A stretch of 64,000 bases of DNA from an uncultured Candidatus Poseidoniales archaeon (GTDB lineage: Archaea > Thermoplasmatota > Poseidoniia > Poseidoniales > Poseidoniaceae), in the NCBI GenBank assembly GCA_964526385.1, contig CAZGJD010000004.1:10010-74009 (forward strand), in the 5' to 3' direction. A program made the position numbers and the translations under genes. Shown here piece after piece: positions 1 through 7,216 of the stretch; position 1 is the stretch's first letter; each line of letters opens with the position of its first letter. The notes under the pieces were generated by a model. It was not told the DNA's origin. It searched no databases and saw only the letters and a list, made by a program, of their open reading frames with translations.

Positions 1-142
1 ATAGAATAGCAGATTCAAATAATGTTAGGATACCCAACAAACGCATTCCTTCTGTATACAATAGCGTTGTTTCAAACCCACCGTTTACGATAAAGAGTTT
101 TTCCAATTACATGAAGAAATATGCAAGCAGAAGGAAAAAAGG

Positions 143-985
143 TTGGTGAAGAAGGTGGAATCAATTACTGAACTCAAATCCTTTTCCTTCAGTTATCTTG
201 ATGCAACTTTTTCCCCATGTTCGGCTGAATTAGGCCCATTTAGCTCATTTATCATGTTCAACGACTACTTGGCCGCCGAAGAAGCAACGTTGGGAATGAT
301 GAATCTCTTCAATACCAAAAATCATTTTGAGATCTTGTCTTTTCCTAAAAGAAAAACTCGCTACACTGTTGAAATGCGGTTTGAAACGGATAAACATGAA
401 TATTTACTCACTCGATATTTTGTTGGGGTTACCTCTACTGAAAGTAAATTAGAACGGTTGGGGACTGGTATTTTTTTCTCCGGAAAAGACGCAATAACGA
501 AGTTGAAATCGATGGTGAAGCCGATAACGATCAATAATGGAGATTTCTATTCAAACCGCTGTGTTATTTTCAAACCGACCTCTGAAATTCAAAGGAAGGA
601 AATCGTTCGCACGGTTAATTCTTGGCTAAAAACAATCAATGCGGAAGGACGTGTTGAATTAGATTATGATTGCATATGGCGATTTATCAGAAATAATTTT
701 GACATCAAACAAGCTTGGACTTCAAATCGCATTCCAGCATATGTGAGGTTGTTGTATAACATCGCACAAGCTCTGATGAGAAAACGTATCTATGGTTACT
801 GTCCTCCTTCAATATCCTACATTGAATTACATTCCCTTTCAGTATTTGAATCGGTATCCGTACTACGACTTGCTAAAGAAATTTGTTCAACACATGGATT
901 GAATTTCGTAATGCTTTTTGGAGAATTTCAAGGCTCGGAGATGATTGAAATTACGACAATTCCTCATCTGGAGATAGATGAATAA
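143..985 (+). CDS. hypothetical protein; first visible gene of the MoxR-vWA-phosphatase cassette
   Basis: 280-codon ORF opening with TTG. The frame is open back to a TAG at 62-64, and the first in-frame ATG is at 254, so the start is uncertain. I recognise no catalytic motif. The C-terminal ISYIELHSLS...THGLNFVMLF weakly recalls a degenerate Walker-B/D-loop region of ABC/SMC-type ATPases, but there is no P-loop. Same strand as the six downstream genes. Confidence 0.45.
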   Translation: MVKKVESITELKSFSFSYLDATFSPCSAELGPFSSFIMFNDYLAAEEATLGMMNLFNTKNHFEILSFPKRKTRYTVEMRFETDKHEYLLTRYFVGVTSTESKLERLGTGIFFSGKDAITKLKSMVKPITINNGDFYSNRCVIFKPTSEIQRKEIVRTVNSWLKTINAEGRVELDYDCIWRFIRNNFDIKQAWTSNRIPAYVRLLYNIAQALMRKRIYGYCPPSISYIELHSLSVFESVSVLRLAKEICSTHGLNFVMLFGEFQGSEMIEITTIPHLEIDE

Positions 986-1004
986 TTGTTGAAAACCATC
1001 GGCC

Positions 1005-1016
1005 TTAATAATGTCC
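1005..1016 (+). promoter_or_regulatory. TTAATAATGTCC motif, copy 1 (TATA-like; candidate internal promoter or operator of the cassette)
   Basis: It lies in the 122-nt gap between cassette genes 1 and 2, about 100 nt upstream of TTG 1108. It is identical to the 12-mer at 5286-5297. Confidence 0.3.
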
Positions 1017-1107
1017 TTAATCCAAGTATTATAGCCGGCGAAGATAACTTATGTCTAACACTCTGTTAGTTATCGTTCAAGGTTGATTCAGAGAAGGTGA
1101 TTGGGTT

Positions 1108-2892
1108 TTGCGAGCAACCATTTTCAAGTCCACTCCTAAGCAAGAGAATGTACATTTAGACCTAGAAGAACGGCTTCGGTTTATCGGTAATGACGTGAAA
1201 ACGATCACTCTCAGAAGCACACATCACGGCTGTTCATTAATTCTTGATGCAATTGATTCGCTTGAATGCATAATCGCTTCGAGACCTGGTGCTGAAATCA
1301 TTTTTGAAAGTGCACCTAAGAAGCCGGTTGTTATTCGAGGAGAAGTTCATGACATAGTCTTGAAAGGTGGAGGAAAAGTCCACAGCCTTTATCGAAATAC
1401 TACCAACCGTACAATAGATTTTGACAATGGTAAATCAGTTCTTATAACAAATTCAGATGAAGTATTAGATGAAGAAGTTGATTCCATTATTTTGATACCG
1501 GAGGATATTTCTGACCTAAAAATTCGAAAGAATTACAATAACATATTGATAGTTGGAAATAGTAAATTGAAATCAATTACAGTACAAGGTGATGGTGTTA
1601 TCGGTAAATTATCGATAGAGTCATCTCCAAAACTAAAGCATTTAAAAATTGAAAAACGGGTAATGACTTGCTCAGTAAATGATTGTAGAGGCATAGAAAC
1701 AATTTCTGGATTCGGTGACAGGCTATTCATTTCCGGGAGAAGGAGAAGAAATCTTTGCATCGGAGGTTTCTGGTATCGAATTCCTGATTGGTATAGTGAA
1801 GTAGTATCTATGCTTGACTTGACACATTTCAATGGCCACCTAACCAGTGAACAGATTATGACATGTGAGGATCTTGGAGGCATCAATATCACACCTAGAA
1901 AATATGAGGGCAGGGGAGGAATGGTCGGCTTTTCTGAAACATTCGACATGCCAATTGATTCGATTCTAAACGGGATAGATGTTAAGAAATTTGTTGGGTT
2001 AATTCTCGAAAATCACGACAGATTTTTTGCCTTCGCGGCTTGGTGTTCTGGGAACCTTTCACGTTTCCAACAATATGTCGCGATGCGAGTTCTAGCATCT
2101 TTAGCTACAAACGGCTTTGACACGAATAAAATCCTCGACATCAGAAATTCACTACTTTACATGAACTCGACAATGCCTAACATTCTGAATGAATCTGTTA
2201 ACTCAGGGGACTTGGGAGGAAAATGGCGACCTATGTATTCGGGAGATTCTGAAAGTTGGGAAAATCCTTGTCACACAATTATGCCATTTGGGAGATTAGA
2301 TTTAGAGATATGGCTCAATTCTGAAGCCGATATTGAAGAAATGCTGGAGAGTAAATTCCAATTCAAGCAGATGTCAAATTCAAGTAAATATTTCAAGCCT
2401 TCAAGGAGTATTGCATTCAGAAGTTTAATTGTTACAATTCTGAGCGCATCAAATACATCCTCGAGAGATGTAGAAGCCGAAGAACGCTTAACAAAGTTAT
2501 CAGCATCCCTTTACAAAAATGAAATCATTAACAGTGACCCTTACATTTGTGAATACCTGATTTTTCACATCAACAAATCAAGAATTGTCAACAAGACGTT
2601 AATCAAAGAACTTGTCAAGGGTATTGAGAAAATAAATTGTCAGGCATGGAAGAAGGTCGCCCTATTGATTGGCATTATCGACCAGACAAATTCATCAAAA
2701 GCACGAGTCGCTTTGAAAAGACTCACTTCAGACAAGGAGTTTACTTTTGAAGAATCTGACCTCCTATACCGAATATCGTTAGAAGGGAAAGATGGGTTAG
2801 AAAATGGCACATTCGAAAGGCCAAAATGGCCTTACGTTAAAAATTGGAAAAAAATTAGGAGGAAGTTATTTGAATACAACGAGTATATCTAA
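1108..2892 (+). CDS. hypothetical 594-aa protein; N-terminal beta-solenoid/LRR-like region plus C-terminal all-helical region
   Basis: Long ORF with a TTG start 6 nt after GAAGGTGAT (1093-1101), which is complementary to the archaeal 16S 3' end. There is no in-frame ATG for about 185 codons. The N-terminal third has short alternating hydrophobic repeats (KLKSITVQGDGVIGKLSIESSPKLKHLKIEKRVMTCSVNDCRGIETISGFGDRLFISG). The C-terminal half is helix-like and low in Gly/Pro. No enzymatic motif seen. Confidence 0.6.
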   Translation: MRATIFKSTPKQENVHLDLEERLRFIGNDVKTITLRSTHHGCSLILDAIDSLECIIASRPGAEIIFESAPKKPVVIRGEVHDIVLKGGGKVHSLYRNTTNRTIDFDNGKSVLITNSDEVLDEEVDSIILIPEDISDLKIRKNYNNILIVGNSKLKSITVQGDGVIGKLSIESSPKLKHLKIEKRVMTCSVNDCRGIETISGFGDRLFISGRRRRNLCIGGFWYRIPDWYSEVVSMLDLTHFNGHLTSEQIMTCEDLGGINITPRKYEGRGGMVGFSETFDMPIDSILNGIDVKKFVGLILENHDRFFAFAAWCSGNLSRFQQYVAMRVLASLATNGFDTNKILDIRNSLLYMNSTMPNILNESVNSGDLGGKWRPMYSGDSESWENPCHTIMPFGRLDLEIWLNSEADIEEMLESKFQFKQMSNSSKYFKPSRSIAFRSLIVTILSASNTSSRDVEAEERLTKLSASLYKNEIINSDPYICEYLIFHINKSRIVNKTLIKELVKGIEKINCQAWKKVALLIGIIDQTNSSKARVALKRLTSDKEFTFEESDLLYRISLEGKDGLENGTFERPKWPYVKNWKKIRRKLFEYNEYI

Positions 2893-3988
2893 AGCGAAAA
2901 AAATATTGAAACATCAGCTGGCTATATTGTGGGACCACCCTGAGAAATCGGGCGTTGTTCCTCCAATGATGATATGGGGGCCACCAGGTATCGGTAAATC
3001 CACATTCATAAAGGAAATTTGCGAGGAGAACGGGATCGGATTTATCGATGTAAGACTAGCACAGAGAGAGCCTGTTGACATTCGAGGCCTGCCAGTCCCT
3101 AGAGATGACAAGCAGGGGATTGACTGGATTGTTTCCTCAGATTGGCCGAGATTAGAAGTCGAGGGTACACCTGAGAGAGGAATAATCCTGTTTGATGAGA
3201 TAACTGCAGCTGATAGTACATTACAGGTTGCTGCTTATGAATTCATTTTGGATAGGAGATTAGGCCAATTGTACGAAGTCCCCGAAGGTTGGTACATAGT
3301 TGCTGCTGGAAATAGAACCGGAGATTCTGCAGTAGCAAGAACCATGTCGAGTGCTCTTGCAAACAGATTCTGTCACATTGAAGTAGGATCAAATACTGAG
3401 AGCTGGTTAGATTGGGCTCTAATCAATAATATCGACCCGAGAGTTACTGGTTTCATCAGATTCTTACCGGATAACCTATTCTCTATGAAGGGTAACAAGG
3501 AAAGGGGCTGGCCGAGTCCAAGAAGTTGGGAAAGAGTGGCAATGGAAGTTGAATTGGCCGATAAATATCAACTAGAAAATGACATCTTACAAACGATAAT
3601 CGAAGGTCTGGTTGGAGAAGGCCCTGCTGTTGAATTCATGGGATTCCTGAACTGGTCAGAAAAGATTCCTGATGTTGGCAAGATGCTGAAGTCTGAAATC
3701 AAACCATCGATACCAAAAAGACCAGACCAAAAGTATGCAATGACCTCCGCAATCGTTCACTACCTTAGACAGCATGAGAGCCCTGAGGACTTAATTGATG
3801 GATACATGGATATCTTACTTGAATTCCCAAACGATTGGATGCAGTTGCTACAACATGACATAGAAATGGTGATGGATATTGAAGAAAAGGACGACTTCAT
3901 TGATGAATTAATGCTCCACGGCAAATACAAGGAAATGAGTTCCAGGATTATCGCTCATAAGCCTGCAAAAAAAGCGGCTGAGGCTTGA
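2870..3988 (+). CDS. MoxR-like AAA+ ATPase (AAA_5/CbbQ-NorQ-type)
   Basis: Walker A is MIWGPPGIGKST and Walker B is GIILFDEIT. Sensor-like AAGN and ALANRF elements are present, and it is a single AAA module with a C-terminal helical lid. The ORF is open from ATG 2804, which would overlap the upstream gene by 89 nt. TTG 2870 sits 7 nt after a perfect AGGAGG (2857-2862) and gives only a 23-nt overlap, so I prefer 2870. Confidence 0.85.
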   Translation: MNTTSISKAKKILKHQLAILWDHPEKSGVVPPMMIWGPPGIGKSTFIKEICEENGIGFIDVRLAQREPVDIRGLPVPRDDKQGIDWIVSSDWPRLEVEGTPERGIILFDEITAADSTLQVAAYEFILDRRLGQLYEVPEGWYIVAAGNRTGDSAVARTMSSALANRFCHIEVGSNTESWLDWALINNIDPRVTGFIRFLPDNLFSMKGNKERGWPSPRSWERVAMEVELADKYQLENDILQTIIEGLVGEGPAVEFMGFLNWSEKIPDVGKMLKSEIKPSIPKRPDQKYAMTSAIVHYLRQHESPEDLIDGYMDILLEFPNDWMQLLQHDIEMVMDIEEKDDFIDELMLHGKYKEMSSRIIAHKPAKKAAEA

Positions 3989-3990
3989 CC

Positions 3991-5271
3991 ATGTCAGATA
4001 TAGTCGAAGAGAAAGTGTCTTTTCACCAACCCTCTAAATCCGATATTACTGCCAAGGAAGAAGGGCTTCAGAATTGGTCTGAAGATCGTGTTAAAATGCT
4101 CCGAACCAGGCCCTTTATTGGCACTCTAGCAATGAATCTAGAACTTGTTCCTGTTGTAGACCACAGATGCCCGACAGCTTGCACGGATGGAAGAAAGATT
4201 TTCTTCAATCCACACTTTCTAAATTCACTATCCAATAGCGAGAGAATGACGATACTCGGTCACGAAATCTGGCACTGTGGATTATCTCACTTCACCAGAG
4301 AACATGGCAGAATAGAAGACCATGAAATGTGGAATCACGCAATTGACCATGAAGTAAATGCCCTACTAAAGGCCGATAATTTCGTGATTCCTGAACATGC
4401 TGTCTTGTATAGAGAGTATGAGGGAGAGTCTGCAGAAACAGTGTTCGAACTCATAAAAAACGGTACAATACAAATGCGTGGTGAATGTTTGGATGAACAT
4501 AAGACATCGGGAGACCCACGGAAGGGAAAGAACAGTGGAAAAGACGGATGGTCAACAATTTCTGTAGGTGAGGATGGAAGTATTGAAGCAAAAGTAGATT
4601 CTGATTTCACACCGAACAGAACTGATGATGTTTGGCGAGATTGGAAAAACAAAATGATGGCGGCGGCCCAACAATGTCAACAACGCGGAGTCGACATGGG
4701 CGCATACAAAGACAAACTGGAAGATTTATTCGCATCTGAAATGGATTGGAAAGAAATCCTTAGACAATACCTCACACCAATGTTTGACAGCACTAGGAAG
4801 TGGCTACCCCCAAACAGAAGACACGTTTACAAGAAGATGTACCTTCCTTCATTACGAAAGGACAAACAATTGAACATTGTAATTGCAATTGATACGAGTG
4901 GTTCTACAACAGGTGACATAGTCAAGACATTTGTTAGTGAAGTATTTGCTATCTTGAATTCGTTCGGAGGTTACTGCCTCAGGTTGATACAATGTGACTG
5001 GGACATTACAGAAGATACGATTTACAATTCTGAGAGACCTTTCATTCCAGAGGAATTTAAACTCAAAGGTGGCGGAGGTACAAGTTTTGTTCCCGTATTC
5101 AATTTGATCGATAATGACTTTGAAGACCCAGAAGTTTTGTTGTATCTTACCGATGGCTACGGTTCTGCACCTGGAAAAAAACCGAGATATCCTGTTATCT
5201 GGGGTGTGATTGAGAACGGAATAGTACCTGCTAATTGGGGAGAATCTCTTTCAATTAGATTAGGGAATTAA
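3991..5271 (+). CDS. vWA domain protein fused to an N-terminal HExxH putative metallopeptidase module (COG3864/DUF2201-like architecture)
   Basis: N-terminal ILGHEIWHCGLSHF (HExxH) is followed by NHAIDHEVN. The C-terminal part has a MIDAS-type IAIDTSGSTTGD and a later LTDGYG, typical of vWA folds. ATG 3991 lies 2 nt after the MoxR stop (TGA 3986-3988), with GAGG 7 nt upstream. The ORF track starts at TTG 3985. Confidence 0.8.
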   Translation: MSDIVEEKVSFHQPSKSDITAKEEGLQNWSEDRVKMLRTRPFIGTLAMNLELVPVVDHRCPTACTDGRKIFFNPHFLNSLSNSERMTILGHEIWHCGLSHFTREHGRIEDHEMWNHAIDHEVNALLKADNFVIPEHAVLYREYEGESAETVFELIKNGTIQMRGECLDEHKTSGDPRKGKNSGKDGWSTISVGEDGSIEAKVDSDFTPNRTDDVWRDWKNKMMAAAQQCQQRGVDMGAYKDKLEDLFASEMDWKEILRQYLTPMFDSTRKWLPPNRRHVYKKMYLPSLRKDKQLNIVIAIDTSGSTTGDIVKTFVSEVFAILNSFGGYCLRLIQCDWDITEDTIYNSERPFIPEEFKLKGGGGTSFVPVFNLIDNDFEDPEVLLYLTDGYGSAPGKKPRYPVIWGVIENGIVPANWGESLSIRLGN

Positions 5272-5285
5272 GAAATTCGTCACCT

Positions 5286-5297
5286 TTAATAATGTCC
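5286..5297 (+). promoter_or_regulatory. TTAATAATGTCC motif, copy 2
   Basis: It lies in the 121-nt gap between cassette genes 4 and 5, about 105 nt upstream of ATG 5393. Confidence 0.3.
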
Positions 5298-5392
5298 ACC
5301 CCGATATACTATTGCAAGAATTATTGGTGAGCGGTTTTTCACATTTAGGCCGTTTTTCGTACCGATAATTATCAGTTGGGGGAGATGAAAAA

Positions 5393-6034
5393 ATGAGTAA
5401 CGATAGTGATAACAAGATTTGGAGAATAGTGGCACGTGTTGATGACGAAATCATTGTCAAAGAAGCAAATAGGAAAGGTAAGGTAGTACGTTCAATTCGA
5501 AACGCAGTAGTTCAAAAATTGTGTAGGTCGGTGAATATCGATTATGAATATGGCTGGTGGAAGGGTAAGTCAAACATTCCCAAAGTCATGTTTGTGGACC
5601 TATTTCTAGGAGATGCTTTGCTCGTGATGGCAGACGATGCTATTGAAGTAGAAGTGCATAATGTTCCAAACCAGTTTTATTTGGTCGATGATGTCAGAGC
5701 AATCTTCTTTTCGGGGAGTAACATGAAGGCAGAGAACTTTGATTCATTTGGATTCTATCACTACGGTGAAGGTGATTCTGAGAAGTATCATCTACTCGGC
5801 AGAAATCTTACTATACCGTCTCATGTTACTGGTTCTAAATCATCTGAAAATGAAGAAGTAATAGCAATTTGTGATGCTGAAGAGGCTTCTACAGAATGCC
5901 CCAATTGCAATCAAACTGTTCCTTTTGGAACCCTTGTATTACTAACTGAGAATTACAGATTATTACCATCAAGTTGCTGTAACAAAATGTATTGGCACAG
6001 AACTGACGAGGGCTTTGGAGATGAGTGGGCGTGA
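5393..6034 (+). CDS. hypothetical protein with C-terminal Cys-rich (zinc-ribbon-like) tail
   Basis: 213-aa ORF with ATG 6 nt after GGGGGAGAT. The C-terminus has CPNCN...(about 25 aa)...CCNKMYWH. No other motif recognised. It overlaps the downstream phosphatase gene by 14 nt. Confidence 0.55.
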   Translation: MSNDSDNKIWRIVARVDDEIIVKEANRKGKVVRSIRNAVVQKLCRSVNIDYEYGWWKGKSNIPKVMFVDLFLGDALLVMADDAIEVEVHNVPNQFYLVDDVRAIFFSGSNMKAENFDSFGFYHYGEGDSEKYHLLGRNLTIPSHVTGSKSSENEEVIAICDAEEASTECPNCNQTVPFGTLVLLTENYRLLPSSCCNKMYWHRTDEGFGDEWA

Positions 6035-6848
6035 TACTTTGCAAGCTAAACGGGATCACAATATTGAACAAGAATTACAAACAACTCTCGATAATGGTGG
6101 GAACGTATGGGCTATTGGGGATGTTCACGGCCATGCTGACACGTTGGAAGCATTGTTAGAAAAATTGAATCTTCACTCACTGGACCGTGTTGTCCTTCTG
6201 GGAGACATGATAGATAGAGGGCCAAAATCAAATTCAGTAATTAAAATGGCAAGAAATAATCCACAAATTTTCTGCGTCTTAGGAAATCACGAAGACATGA
6301 TGCTGAAAAATTTTGACCCTACAGAGTTTGATTCCTTTTCTATCGACCAATTTGCTTGGATGTATAATGGGGGACGGGCCACTTTGAACTCCTACCTTGA
6401 AGAATTTACAAATAGTGATGGGTCGATAAATAAATACAAATTAAAAAAGAGAGGAGCTCAAGACTTAGCTTGGCTTGATTCTCTTCCACACCACATTGTC
6501 CTAGATGAGTTTAGATTAGTTCATGCAGGGTATATGCCTCATGACATTGAGCCAGACCTTCAAACAAAGGAGACTCTTTTGTGGATTAGAAAAGAGTTCC
6601 ACGAAACAATTTTCCCAATCGATTACGAAAGAACCGTGATCTTTGGACATTCGCCAATGCCATTCTTTGGATTAAAACAGTCTGAGGTTTGGGAATCCGA
6701 CGCTGAATTGCGAAATGGAAGAACAGCTGCAATAGGAATTGACTCCTGCTGTTATGGAGGAAAAGATCCTCAATTAACAGCTATTAATTTACAAACAGGA
6801 GAAATAATGAAACAAAAAATACAACACAAAAAGGAGGTATTAATATGA
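6021..6848 (+). CDS. PPP-family metallophosphoesterase (Ser/Thr phosphatase / ApaH-PrpA-like)
   Basis: Canonical PPP motifs appear in order: GDVHGH, GDMIDRGP, GNHE, then later VHAG and GHSP. The ORF track starts at TTG 6015; I prefer ATG 6021, which has GAGGG 9 nt upstream. Confidence 0.85.
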   Translation: MSGRDTLQAKRDHNIEQELQTTLDNGGNVWAIGDVHGHADTLEALLEKLNLHSLDRVVLLGDMIDRGPKSNSVIKMARNNPQIFCVLGNHEDMMLKNFDPTEFDSFSIDQFAWMYNGGRATLNSYLEEFTNSDGSINKYKLKKRGAQDLAWLDSLPHHIVLDEFRLVHAGYMPHDIEPDLQTKETLLWIRKEFHETIFPIDYERTVIFGHSPMPFFGLKQSEVWESDAELRNGRTAAIGIDSCCYGGKDPQLTAINLQTGEIMKQKIQHKKEVLI

Positions 6849-7180
6849 CAAAAAAGAATGAAATAAAAACAGAGCCAGCAACAGAAGAAAGCCTAATGAT
6901 TGGAAATGACGCACATCCTTTCGACCGAGATTTACCAAAGACGGTTAATTTTGAAGAACAAATGCACCCAGTATTAGTTGACGGAATCAAAGGTAAGGCT
7001 TGCACAGGAACCCTTGGAGGATATAGTGACAGGATATCAATCCAGTTAGAAGAAGAACACCCTGAACTTGGAATCAACTTTACTACCAAGTATTTCATTT
7101 TCGAAGAACCTGGAAAGGTAATGTGGGGACATCATCACGCAAGATTTCAAATTGATTTGATTGTGGAAGAAGAGGAATAA
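6845..7180 (+). CDS. hypothetical 111-aa protein; last gene of the cassette
   Basis: ATG overlaps the phosphatase stop (ATGA at 6845-6848) and is preceded by AAGGAGGT (6831-6838) at 6-nt spacing. No recognisable motif. Confidence 0.55.
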   Translation: MTKKNEIKTEPATEESLMIGNDAHPFDRDLPKTVNFEEQMHPVLVDGIKGKACTGTLGGYSDRISIQLEEEHPELGINFTTKYFIFEEPGKVMWGHHHARFQIDLIVEEEE

Positions 7181-7216
7181 GCAAATATTCACATTGGATA
7201 ATATCCACCACTTGAC

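Noticed and set aside
1533-1949. 138-aa minus-strand ORF, along with similar antisense ORFs at 2914-3111 and 4335-4652.
   Set aside because: They are embedded antisense in cassette genes that carry clear motifs or long uninterrupted frames, and no RBS or motif supports them.
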